A DNA stretch of 64,000 nucleotides from Octopus vulgaris (lineage: Eukaryota): NCBI GenBank assembly GCA_951406725.2, contig OX597820.1:77562001-77626000 (forward strand). Reading direction: 5' to 3'. The notes beneath the pieces were generated by a model. The model was not told the DNA's origin. It ran no database searches and saw only the letters and a program-made list of their open reading frames with translations. Of this stretch, positions 13,855-26,631 are shown in pieces (within the stretch, counting starts at the first letter, position 1; every line of letters begins with the position of its first letter). Position numbers and translations under genes: made by a program.

Positions 13855-14017
13855 CGACGAGCTTCTTTCAGTTTCTCTCTTCCAAATTCACTCACAATGC
13901 TTTGGTCGACCCGAGGATATAGTAGAAGACACTTGCCCAAGGTGCCACGCGGTGGGACTCAACCCAGAACTAGGTGGTTCGTATGCAGGCTACTTACCAC
14001 ACAGCCACTTCTACGCC
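13650..14017 (-). mobile_element. tRNA-derived SINE (family 2)
   Basis: Reverse complement of the 6587-7035 family. Confidence 0.85.
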
Positions 14018-15902
14018 AATCCCAAAAATTACTTATCGTAGAGTACAATATTCATTAGTATAGCACCTATCATCCAGCATTTTTTAGACGGTATTATAAT
14101 GATTTATTTTTTTCATAATTCCATTAGCCACCAGAAAATAATATACAGGACTACATCAAATAATATTGCATTCGTCTTTTTCACACATGGTTTAGTGTGC
14201 TTTGATAATTACTTAACTGTTATTCTACTGCTTTTAGGGCAATGTGGAGATTCACACACTTCAACGTTGCTTGAAATTTACAGAAACTAGGCACACAAAT
14301 GGTACAAATTAGTGCTCATATTCCTTATATTTCCCGTGACATTATGTATATAATTCACCTGAATTATGCAAGTAACCATTCCTTTCAACAAACGCCAAAA
14401 CCTTATCGTGGATTTACCGCTAATTTGGTTTATAGTTCATTTCAATATAGGCTTTTATGTTTAGATATAAATACTACGATTTGAATCTCTGATATGCTAA
14501 GTCAATACAATTTTGTGTACCAATATCCTCTAGCACTCTCACTTATATGGGTAAGGTGTATAAAATCGTTTAATCTATAAATCTGTATTAATGTAGGTCG
14601 AGTTGAAGTGCGTTAGGCGATGGACACGTTTAATTAATAACAACTGTTTCGGCAAATTACATATTTCAAAAGTGCTTCAATGTGGGATAAACGAAATTAT
14701 GCACAAATGGAATGCTTTCTATTTAATCTGAAGTCAGTATGTTTGAGCATATTGTACAAAGGACAGTTCTACACTACTAAATTGCTTTGTATTCTTGATT
14801 TAATGTATGGGATAGTTCATGTTGTATTACTGCATTTGAAATTCCTGTTCTTAAGTATATGTCATACATTATATGAGCGGAAACATGTTACGGCTTCAAC
14901 GCCATTATGCTCCTCGACCACATCCACATGATGCCGAGGTTTATCTCAATAGGATCCATATTTGAATGTTTGCTACAACACATTAAATACATATGTTAAT
15001 ATTCAAACAAATGATGCGCGCTAAATATGCTTAATAAACATATATTTCGATGTTAAACATAGAGGGAAATGCTTTGATAGTGTTAGCAGATAAAGACCGA
15101 TTGTCTCCAGATTTTTGGCTGATAGGTACGAAGGACAAAAAGCAATTGTGTTTATTTCCTGATTTTTAAGAAACAAAATTATTTCAGTTTGTTTCGCAGC
15201 AAAATTTAATATTTGCTCTACGTGTTTGTTTTTTTTTTTGTTTCTACATCAGCTTCAGAATATTAATGCAATCATAATTAATAAAATGTGCTTCTTCAAC
15301 AAAATGTCAGTTTAAAACTTTAAATAAATCAGGGCCAATAATGTATTTAAGGCATTTCAATCAATGAACGCATTCGCTATTAAATTTAAGCTTTATAAAT
15401 GAATTAAAATAAAAACATGAAACGTTACTTTGTTTCGTTAATGGAGTTAGAAATATTGTTATATAAATGCAACAATCTGAAAATGAATTTGGTTAATATT
15501 TAAAATATATCTTATATTAAGTAACAATTCTGAAAAATGATTCAATTGCGTTCATTTACATAAAATAATTGTGCAAACAGCTTTATGAAATTGGTTTTGA
15601 ATAGCTGTACATAGGGCATGGCGTCTTACTTAGAGTTAGAATTTCAAAAATTGGTTGAAAACACATGTTTATAGGAAAATTGAGATTCAACAAAACATTT
15701 ATTATGCGTAAAAATATCAATGTAATAAGTAAATAAACTTATGTAATGTAGTAAATGATTTACACACACGCTTGCATTCACGCACATACATATGTGCATA
15801 TAGGCAGAAGTGTGACTGCATTTAGATGTTTTCTTCGTAATGACATAATCCTAGGTTCAATTCCAATGCGTAGCAAGTTGGGCAAGTGTTTTCTGCTATA
15901 AG

Positions 15903-17200
15903 TTCTTTATTCCATTGCATTTACCATAAAGGTATAATACAGATGAAGCTTTGCGGGCTAGACACAGACTCAATGATGATGATGGAATAAAAAAGAGATG
16001 GTTGGTGGGGGAAGCAGCCAACGCCCGTCGATTGTTACTTATCGATAACATTTTTCTTTAAAAAAAATACAAATGAGGTGTTGAACGTCTTACGATAATT
16101 ACAAATTCAGGAGCTGAGCCTCTTATCAGTACAAAAAGTACAGAAAATATTCAACATGAGGTGTTAAGCTTCTTACCAATCTCCAAGTTCTAATCGAGGC
16201 TCTAAGACCTCTTAGTCTGCCTCCCCGATTAAGTCTCTTGCCGCCTGCATGCAATCCTGCAGTCGCAAGCCGGGATCCTAAAAATATAATTATATTCTTT
16301 CTTATTAAAGGAATCCATCACCCTATAGAAGTAGTTCTCCTCTATGACCTCCGCAGCCACCTGCAGAGGCCAATCTAGGATATCTATGCAGGTCAGGACC
16401 GTCTGTTCCTGACCTTCAAAATTCTTCATAAAGTTCTATACAGCCCCTCCCATAAGAACGAAGATCAAAAGTTCCTTATTCATTACACTGGGAGGGGGCG
16501 CAATTTCCTTCGTCGGTGTCACAGTTAGTGACATGCCGGCAGTGTACTGGAAACTGCCGGCACTGTCCCATTCTTTCTCGTCTTTTTTTTGTCTTTGGTA
16601 CGGGAGGATGTGGTTCCTTCGCTTTAACCGGAAGATCGTCGCTGGCCTCCGCAGCCTTGGGATCCAACGGTGAGCAACAATTGTTGCACACCTACTTCCT
16701 TTTGTTACCCATTTTTGTCCGACGGGTCCCTACCTCCTCGAGTACCGCCATCTCTCCCTCCCGATGAGGAGGGGAGGCTTTTCTACAGCCAACTGTTTCA
16801 GGACCCTACTCTGGTCCTGGGGACAGTTCTTTTTGATGTGGCCCGGCTCGAGGCACAGTTGACATATGGGGTGGGGGCGTCCCTCAAGAATCCCCGGGTA
16901 CCAGCAACCGTCCATTTTCAAAAAATCAGGAAAAACCAGATTCATGGCTGATTGGGTTCACAGGGACAAGACACCTTTTGACGCGACCCAATCAGACGCC
17001 GGATAAATTTTAACATTAAGCAGCTTGGATCCGCTGCCACCCAGATCGTGGCGGATAGTGTCTTCTATCCACTCGGGTTCTATCCTGGGTGGCAACCCTC
17101 GGACCTAAGCGCTTGTCAACACCTTCCGAACATACGTGGGAAGAAAATTAACTACTATAAATTCCTGTCAACCAAAACCTTGAGTAGATTTGGTGGGCGG
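15903..17200 (-). mobile_element. Decayed L1/Tx1-type ORF1 element with no RT (HAL1-like)
   Basis: Zinc knuckle GRPHPICQLCLEPGHIKKNC (CX2CX4HX4C); coding ends near 16229, followed by ~320 bp to AATAAAGAA. Confidence 0.6.
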
Positions 17201-17229
17201 AAACTAAACGAAACTAAAAGAAAATGTAA

Positions 17230-17600
17230 TGAATTGGCAGAAACGTTAGCACGCCAGGCGAAATGCGTAGCGGTATTTCGTCTGCCGTTACGTTCTGAGT
17301 TCAAATTCCGCCGAAGTCGAATTTGCCTTTCATCCTTTCGGGGTCGATAAATTAAGTACCAGTTACGCAATGGGGTCGATGTAATCGACTTAATCCGTTT
17401 GTCTGTCCTTGTTTACCCTCTCTGTGTTTAGCCCCTTGTGGGCAGTAAAGAAATGGGTATTTCGTCAACCGCTACGTTCTGTGTTCAAATTCTGCCGAGG
17501 TCGACTTTCCCTTTCATCCTTTCGCGGTCGATTAATAAGTAACAGTTAAGCACTGGTGTCGATATAATCGATTTAATCGGTTTGTCTGCCCGTGTTTGTC
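17230..17600 (+). mobile_element. Nin-domain tRNA SINE (family 3), tandem partial dimer
   Basis: gagttcaaattcc B-box plus gcctttcatcctttcggggtcgataaattaagtaccag (Nin-like domain) twice. Confidence 0.8.
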
Positions 17601-18289
17601 CTGAAATTATTGCCACAAAAACATGTCACTGCGGACAAATACATGAGATTTATATTAAAGTGATTTATATCAAAATTCCATTGATTCCACGTTTAGTTTG
17701 AATAGTACCATGGATTTCTCATCAGTTGCTAAATAAACATTCAGAGATACGGAGTTTTGAAACGTTTGATCTAAAAAGAAACACGAAAGAAAATATCGAG
17801 AACTATTTTCAATTAAATAATTACAACAGAGCAATACAAAGCCCATATAACAATTGATGCGTTGGGAGATGCATTATCAGAAAAGTAATCTTGCATTTAG
17901 AATGAATTCGTTATCTCTGCTTCCGTTTGCTGCGAACTATGAGGTTTGAAATTTCAACTAACGGGATTAAATATTCCACACGTTTCCTAACTATATTAGT
18001 TTAGCTCATATTTTTATTAACGCAAATTATTTTTTTTATTATTCTGTCAGTATAAATAAATATCGAAAGTTCGTATCAAAAGGAAGATTTCTAATCAACA
18101 CTATATTTTATGTATATATATATATATGCGTGTATATGTGAGCGTGTTTGTGCATGTGTGTGTATATAGACACACACACACTTATATATTTACACACACA
18201 CATATATATTTACACACACACACACACACATATATTTACACACACACACACACACACATATATTTACACACACACACACTTATATATTT

Positions 18290-18323
<34 letters not shown>

Positions 18324-19782
18324 GTATATATACATATTTATGGGTGTATACATGCATATATATATATGTGTGTGTGTGTATGTATGTATATGCATGTTTT
18401 TTGTATATGTTCCTGCGATTCCTGATTTACTGGATTACAAATTTAATGATGAAATGGAAACAATCTTCTTTCATTTCAAGTATTAAGCGTAAGATTTTGC
18501 ATGAATATCAAACATGTAAATGTCAATATAATCTTGTAACTTCTTTTTCCCAATTTGTTAGTGTTTTATTTCAGAATTTAAGCCATGAGTAATATAACAG
18601 ATGACAAAGAAAGATATAAATCTGAAATTAAATGTAGTTATTTTTTTTCAGTTTAAAATCAGTATATTTCCAGAAATAACGTTAAGAATTAGAATTACAA
18701 TGTTATTACTTTGAATGGAAAACAGGAAAAAATAAAGTTAAAATTATATTCAATTGATGTAATAGAAATAATTTTATATCTTCTTTTTGCTACACTATGT
18801 CATGCATTTTCTATTTGTCGCATAGAGTGCCCTTTCTTAAATTCCAATATTTTATGCAACGTGGTTATTTATTGGCAATATCCCTCAGAAAATTGCCTCT
18901 AATTGATAATTATTACATGCGTGCCAACTTGAAGTAAATCCAATGAAAAAGGGAGCGATATAAAAGGGAAAGTAAAGAGGAAAATGGATTATGCAATTAA
19001 ATGAAGAATACACGAAATCTAATATTTTCAAATATATACATTAAGTTCATTTAAATTGTTATTTAAAATATATAGCTCAGGTAAACGTCTAAGAAAGGTA
19101 GGCTGGCATTGATTTCCGTTTCCAGCTATTTCGTCTTATTGCATAATTTCATCGACAGTAATTTTCGAGAAAGTATTTAAGACCTCAAAAGTTCCTTGAA
19201 ATGTGTGTTGTCGAAACAATTCGAAAATTTGTTAGGAAAATATGCTAGGAAAAGCAAAATCGGAATCCAGATATGATAAACGAATCGGAAAAGAAGTGAT
19301 AAAGAAGGCAAATCAATATTTAATTAAGTGCTACGTTAAAGTACGGAAACCCAGTATACACAGGACATGCTATGTCTTAAAAACCCAAGTAGATAGCACC
19401 TAAGTGTTATTATAAGGTATATAGGGATTCAATGTTTTTTTTTCGCCAATAAATATACGGTTGTTGGTATCTACTCTCTATGAATTTGCCTATTTTCGCT
19501 AACGGTACAATATGCTAATGATTTTCAATAAACCCATGTGTCGAACATCTACCTTACACTAATTTCTGAGAGAATTGAAAATATAATCAATAATAAATCT
19601 CTGAGCTAGATGTAAGCACTAGCTGCACGACATTGTAAAGTATATTTGCCACCTAAATGTGGCTGACCCATATGGGACGATGTAGATTATAGCCCCAGAA
19701 AGCTGGCTAACTGCACACTGTGTGTACCCGACCAGTATTTGCGAAGGGAAAACATCGTTCCCATCTCTAGCCTGACGTGATA

Positions 19783-19827
19783 CACACGGCCCTGGGTTTC
19801 TAGGGGGTAAGCTTTCATCAGCGTGTG
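19783..19827 (-). ncRNA. Degenerate type-I hammerhead motif
   Basis: Minus strand CACACG-CUGAUGA-A-...-GAAAC-CCAG-GGC-CGUGUG; perfect 6-bp stem I, but NUH reads GGC and stem II is weak. Confidence 0.55.
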
Positions 19828-21428
19828 ACAATATCCGGTTTCTCTCATTATTATAGACACAAGGCCTGAATACAGAGGGGACATACACAAACATACGCGA
19901 ACAAAAGAAATACATATGAAAGAATGAATTACAATGAATTCAGTTATAATGAATATGAGACGGTTTTCTCGGTCCCGCTCCAAGACGAACCCGTGATTTC
20001 TTTTTTGCAATTAAACGTTCTTACAGTCTTTTTTCTTTTTTTCCTTTTTTAGCTTGTTCTTTTTCTTAGTCTTCTGATTTTTTTTGTATCATTTTTTTCT
20101 TTATACATTTTAACAGTCTATTCCCATCGTTTTTTTTTTATGAAGTACAAATTTTACTTATTTTTAAATTTTCATAAAGGGTTTCAAATCTTATAATTCC
20201 ACGACAGGCTCGTCAAACTCCACTTCAACTCCCAGCGGAAACTATGAAAAGTCCATACATTTCTCTCAATTTCGAAAATCTCTCTTTATTTATCACTAAT
20301 CCTTTAGTGTATTCCGGCTATTTTCTTGGCGGCAGCTTTACTCTTATTACCGATTTATATTTTACAATCGTTTTCTCTATTTCTTTACTTTTGGAATACG
20401 TTACCAAATTCCACTTATATCTTTTCCTTTCACTTCTGCTTGCTTGGGCTCCCGTCCTGATCTGTTCGGGCGTGCAAAAACATCACAACCAATTTTCTCC
20501 CTGTTGTAAAACAGTTTTTTCCTGTGTGCCTTCTTTCACTACAGCTTCCGTTGGTGCTTTCCTGCTATTTCTCTTTTCTTCCATCCCATCTCCTTTAGCC
20601 TTTTTTTAATGTCTGGGGGAGAATTCACCCGTTCCTTTCTCCTCCTCGTGTTTACTACTGTAAATGGTTCCTCCACTCTATCTGTCACTTTCGTTGGTAC
20701 TACCTTTTCGGTATTGTTTTCTTCGCTTTTCTTCTCCTCTTCGGTTTCCTTCTCGGGACATCTTGATTTCACGTGCCCCTTTTTACCGCATAGGCATCAT
20801 GTTGGTATTCTTTCTACTGTTATTCGAAGTCTGCCACAGTAAAGCAGAAGTTGTATCCATTTCGTTGTCTGTAACGGCTCCGTAGAGTGGTTTATGGTAT
20901 CTTCATCGTTGCCAAACCTTAATTCTACTGAGCCATACTTTCCACGTGTATAGAATGTGGTCAATTTTTTCACATTTTCGAGACATTTCTCTATTTCTTC
21001 TGTTGGGGCTAACTCCATCTTGTTCGAGGACATAGACAACGTTCTGTATACTACCGTCCTCTTCTCTATGATTTTCATCAGTTCTTCTGGGGGAGTCAGT
21101 TTTAGACTGGTTCCCTCCTTTTTTACAAATTTTCTTCCTTCCTTCCTCTTTCTTGTGTCAATTTCTATTTCCTGTACTTCCAGGGTGTTGGCATTCATTC
21201 CTTGTGTCATTGCCGCTGCGTAACTTTGTCTATTATCCATCTTTCTTCAATCCTCCTGTAGACGGGGATTATACAGGTGCAAAGGAAACAGTGACTGAAA
21301 TTCAATAATTTACACAATCATCCAATGAATCTTGGTTCACCCGAGCGGGGAAACCTACAGCAAACATACAATATCAGTGCATAACAATTTGAACTCACAT
21401 CGAAGAGATCACAACAAACACCCATTAG
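19826..21428 (-). mobile_element. ORF1-only non-LTR element (HAL1-like), unit 1, ~1.6 kb
   Basis: 5' UTR, ATG at 21240 (MDNRQSYAAA..), knuckle remnant CLCGK-GHVKSRC, acidic/basic linker, C-terminal domain ending near 20164, ~330 bp 3' UTR; frameshifted; no RT. Confidence 0.7.
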
Positions 21429-22560
21429 TGACAATCACCGGCTTTCTCTTTATCATAGGCATAAGGCCTGAATACAGAGGGGACATACACAAACACGCGG
21501 GAACAAAAACAAAACATATGAAAGAATGAATTACTGTGAATTCAAATATAATGAATTTGAGACGGTTTTCTCGGTCCCGCTCCGAGACGAAACCGCGATT
21601 TCTTTTTTACAATTAAACGTTCTTACAGTCTTTTCTTTTTTATTTCCTTTTGTTCTTTTTCTTAGTCTTTTTGTTCATTTTTTCTCTTTTTTTTTCAACT
21701 TTTTAACTGTCTATTTTCCTCATTTTTTAATATGAAGTACAAATTTTACCTACTTATTTTTAAATGTTCATAAAGGGTTTCAAATCTTCTAATTCCACGA
21801 CCGGCGGGAGCTCATCAAACTCGACTTCAACCCCCAGCGGGTCTATGAAAAGTCCATACATCTCTCTCTCAATTTCAAAAATCTCTCGTTGTCTATAACT
21901 ATTCCTTTCGTATATTCCGGGTATTTTCGTGACGGCAGCTTTACTCTTATTACCGATTTAAATTTTACAATCGTTTTCTGTTTCTTTATTTTTGGAATAC
22001 GTGACCAAATGCCACTTGTATCTCTTCCTTTTCACTTCTGCTTGCTTCGACTCCCGTCCCGATCCGTTCGGGCGTGCAGAACCATCATAACCAATTCCAC
22101 GAACGCTTCCCTCTTCTCCTCGTTGCAATGCCGCTCCATCCCGCGTGCCCTCCCTCACCACTGCTTCTGTTGGCACCCACAACCACCTCTCCCCCTCCAG
22201 CCCCCTTGACCGTCTGGGGGAGAACTCCCCCGCTTCCCCTTCTCCCCGTATCTTCCACCGTGAAGGGCACCCACCACTCCATCCGTCTCCCTCGCCGACA
22301 CCACCTCTTCGGCACATATATCCTTACGCAGCACTAACTTTATAGTTCTGGGTTCAGTTCTACTGCGTGGAATTTTGGGCACGTTTTTTCTACTACAGCC
22401 TTAAGCTGACCTACGTCTTGTGAAAATATGTTTTTTCCCTCTCAGGATGGAGATTATTTTCGGAATATTTTTCACATAAGCACCGTTTTTGGTATTTATA
22501 CTCGGAAAATCTCTAATATCTGAACAACCACTTGTCCGATTTACCCATTATGCGCCAGTT
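21429..22560 (-). mobile_element. ORF1-only element, unit 2, diverged tandem paralogue lacking a recognisable 5' part
   Basis: 21429-~22090 aligns with 19826-~20490 (3' UTR plus KSVIRVKLP.RKYPEYTKG..LREMYGLFI domain); GC-rich linker differs. Confidence 0.7.
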
Positions 22561-23486
22561 TGGATGGGTAACATTGTAAGATTAACAAATTACAACACCC
22601 TACCAAAAGTAACCGTAATCTTCATAAGAAGATAGAGAAAACAAGACGAAAAGAGAGTGGCAGATACATAGGATACAACTAAACAATATGCAGCACGAAC
22701 GGCAGTAAAATAATACAAACGCGAAGGAATCTTTGAGTGGAATTTCCTAGTAGAAATAATGACAGAAGCGATAGTACACTGAATCTTACAAGTGAAGTAA
22801 ACCACCCAGGCATACACACAGGCACACACAAACAATACACTTCAAAGAAATACGATGGCCAGAGCCCCAGACATGCGAAAAGCCACCGCAAAAGAAGGAA
22901 GGCCCAAATATAAACAGCCACACAGTACATGATAATGCCCAAAGTAATAGGAGTTCCAGGACTTCTCTGTTATGGTACAATGCTGGATTCGAGAAATAAA
23001 TAAATTCCAACATTCCAAAGTAGCCTTTCAACGCGTTCGAGAAACACTTTCTCAAGTCTAGCAAATACCATAGAATATCCAATACGAACAGTTCCTGCGC
23101 GCTTTTTCCATTAGCCGTAACCTAGCACAGATCATAGTAGCACACAGCGCGTGAAGGACCGATGAAAATAGTCGACTAGACGAGAAAATACCCCATTAAC
23201 GGAAATACTACTAATAATAAACCGAGTGAGACTATAGGAATAATTAATAACAGAAAAGACTCGAAAACTAACACAAATAGTATCATAGGATCTACTTACC
23301 TGGTATCGGCCTCGTCAACCACGTCTTTCCCTAGGAGAAACAATGTACTGCAGGCGTAGACGGATAGGTGTCGTGGATCGACGACGTGACTATATTTGAT
23401 GGGGCGTCACAAGCAAGCACGTAATCACCCAAATATACATTGCCCCTATATGAGATCTAAACTATCTGCAGGATAGAATCAACTTA

Positions 23487-23902
23487 GGATCATTTCGGTT
23501 CGAACGGCAGTTTTTTCTAGCGGTGTCATATGAAATTGTCACCCATAATTATGACCGTAGTATCGATCTATTGCATTTCAATCTGTTTTAGGGTTAGGGT
23601 TAGTTAGGGTGGTAGGGTATATTTTTTTCTTCACAAATGTAAATAAACCCAATCTGTTTCTTAAACGGGGGACATATTAATACGGTACAGAATGTTTTCA
23701 CCTCAATAGACGGTCATTGATTGGTTGAAATTGCCGAAATGTAAGAAATTAAAGAATACATATCTTACAAACTATAGAGTTTTCTCAATAAATCCAAGAG
23801 AAAAATATGTTTTATAAACACATTCTACCAGTATATGAAGTTTACAATTTTTTAGTTACCTAGAAATTATGTTAAAAACTGCCGTTCAAACCGAAAAGTT
23901 CC
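23487..23902. mobile_element. MITE with ~28 bp TIRs, 8-bp TSD and internal TTAGGG
   Basis: TIRs ggatcatttcggttcgaacggcagtttt / aaaactgccgttcaaaccgaaaagttcc; TSD tcaactta at 23479-23486 and 23903-23910. Confidence 0.9.
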
Positions 23903-25629
23903 TCAACTTATCCTATGCTGTTATAAATTTTGTACGGTAATTTCTTCCCAACTTGCTCTCAAAATGTTTTCATGTACTACATGCAAGGACTATTACACTA
24001 TTACAATTTAAGTGAAGCCTGGAATCCTATGCATATAGAATGATCCACAGATCCAAGACAATGAGAAAGAAAAGGTTTTAGCGTAACTGAGAAGCGATAT
24101 TAGAATATAATTCACCAATGATGACAAATTGGAAATGATGCACATGCGTTCTGCACGTATACTGTTCACATACTCCATCATTCGTGACCCACTTAGAAGT
24201 AAGATACGCGTTTCCACGTTCATGTGTCTCTAGCTTCTCTTAAGTGATTGAACTTAATGAGATACTCGGTTCTAGTATGAATCCCCTCTGGGAAAACGCT
24301 TTTCTTAATATCTACTTTACCAAAACAACGTGATCTTCGTGAAGAAATGAATTATTCTTCAGGCATTCAATTTGCTCTTATCATTGTTAGTTATTGGAAA
24401 TCTAGCGAACTAAATATCGATGATGCATGTTTAAATGAAGATTGTGCTACAAGAACAAACGTACTATACATTACATTACAAATAAGTATTAATAGCTAAA
24501 CCTGCTGGTCTTAAAATGTTCAAATATACACGTTCATACATACATAAATATGCAAAGAACACGACAATACACTGATAAATCTCAGTAAAAATACACGGCA
24601 TTGATACAAGAAATGCTCGCACTTATGTGTGGCTATACCACGGAATGCACATCTAAATACACCCATTAATGTAGGCATATATGTATAAATATATACATAT
24701 ATGTATATATTATGTGTGTGAGTGTGCGTGTGTGTGTGCGCGTGTGTGTGTATCAGCATATATATCAACACACGCATACTCACACACATACGTAGATACA
24801 TACATACATATACACACATACACATATATATATGTATACACACACATATGTATGTGTACGTTATACTTACAGAAATATTACCGTGGGGTGTAATTTAATC
24901 TTTTGATGAGAGTTAAAAAGACATGCCCGGTTTGAAATTTCTATTTATGTTAGTTAATGCATATACACTTAATTAGATAAAAATCATAACTATGGGACAA
25001 CATCAGTTGGCGTATTTACCTGGCCGCTTAATTCCAACTTGAGGATTCTGGCTGGAAAATTTGTTAAAAGCTTCTCTCTATTGGAATGTCTTCTTTATTA
25101 TCAGATGTTACACGTGCCTTTCTTTACATTATCTTACACACAAACACACGCAGTATGATAAATGCAAAATATAATTTATATGATTTGTTCGCTACGCACG
25201 TTTCAACAATGCCTGTAATTGAATCCTCTTGCAATGTCTGTTGACTGCATTTGAATCCTGATCTATTATAGTTCTTTAGGCGAGCACTTTATTTCATTAT
25301 ATTGAAACCGATCAATTGCTACTGCAATATATGGTGTGTCACACGCAGTTAAACTACAGTAGGTATCACACGCACTTAAACTACAGTATGTACAAGGCCG
25401 CTGCTCGGTATCTACTCGGTCTCCACTCTGGCCTCTATTCGAAAAAGATGTAACGCAAATCAACCTCCACAGAATTTGAACTCGGAGCGTAAAAACGGAA
25501 GAAATACCTGCTGCTTGCTAACGGTTCTGCTAGCTTGCTGCCTTTGTTCTCATTTTTGACGCAAGTCCAGTAATTTCGGGAGAGGAATTAGTCGATTACA
25601 ATGACCCCCAAACCCAAATGGTACATAAT

Positions 25630-25838
25630 GCATTTCTATATTTAAGAGATGAGGAATTATGTAACTTATTTACATTATTTACATTTGACGTATAATCGTT
25701 CTCATAGAGTTTGTTGTTAACACAGCGTTTAGGCTGATATGACCTCCAGGCTTCATCAGGTGTCTTGGGGAAATCTCCAACCTTGTTTCTCCTTCCGAAG
25801 ATATTTTTCGATGTTATTACTATTATTATTATTATTAC

Positions 25839-25890
<52 letters not shown>

Positions 25891-26380
25891 TTCCTTCTTT
25901 CTTCAAATTTTCTTCCGTTTTTCACCGAGTGTTTTCCGTACACCTAGAGCAGAGAAGCTTCTTGTATGCATTCCCAGATTACACACGCACATTCACAGGT
26001 AAAATATGTATTTAAAAAATTAATAAATAAATAAATTCATGAATGGATCTTGTTTTCACAGCGATAATGCTCTTCTCAGTACATGAGCCGTTCCAGTTAA
26101 CACGATTTTTTGCACTTCCTGTGGCGATGGTAAGCCTGGTATCATTTTCAAATAGGTTTTAATACCTTTCTTTTATCATTCCTAGAGATCCTACAATCAC
26201 TGCTACTGTAGTCGCCTTGAGATACTACAGTTTCTATTAGGAAGTCTTTATATTTACTGATCTTGCCAAATTCTTTATTATTATTACTATTATTATTGTT
26301 ATTATTATCCAGTTCACTGCCTGGTATCGAACTCGGAATCTTGGGGTTAGTAGCAGGCGCTCTTAACCGCTACGCCTTAT
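25630..26380 (-). mobile_element. tRNA-head/(TAA)n/hammerhead composite element, copy A, interrupted by a Dong fragment
   Basis: tRNA-like head at ~26310-26378, TAA tracts on both sides of the insert, mutated hammerhead at 25719-25764, tail to ~25630. Confidence 0.8.
25890..26272 (-). pseudogene. 5'-truncated R4/Dong-like 3' end
   Basis: Translates as EFGKISKYKDFLIE..VIVGSLGMIK..MIPGLPSPQEVQKIVLTGTAHVLRRALSL*, homologous to the C-terminus of 40928-43624; similar 3' UTR then (TAA)n. Confidence 0.9.
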
Positions 26381-26384
26381 ATCT

Positions 26385-26595
26385 AAAAATACCTTATGAC
26401 ATCGAAAAATACCTTATGAATGAGAACCCAGGTTTGAAATTTCACCAAAGCACCTGATGAAGGCTGGAGTGTATATCATCCGAAAAATTATGTTAATAAC
26501 AAACAGCATGAGTACAAATAATCATGGGCACATGGCGGAGTGATTAAGAGCGCGGATACTAACTCCAAGATACCGAGTTCGATTCCAGGCAGTGG

Positions 26596-26631
<36 letters not shown>

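Noticed and set aside
23291-23303. U1 snRNA 5' end (tacttacctgg)
   Set aside because: No further U1 similarity; better read as a minus-strand splice donor
23588-23609. True telomere or chromosome-fusion scar
   Set aside because: Only three units, internal to a TSD-flanked MITE
24200-24365. Hammerhead (minus strand CUGAAGA...GAAAC-GC-GUA)
   Set aside because: No stem I and inconsistent core spacing
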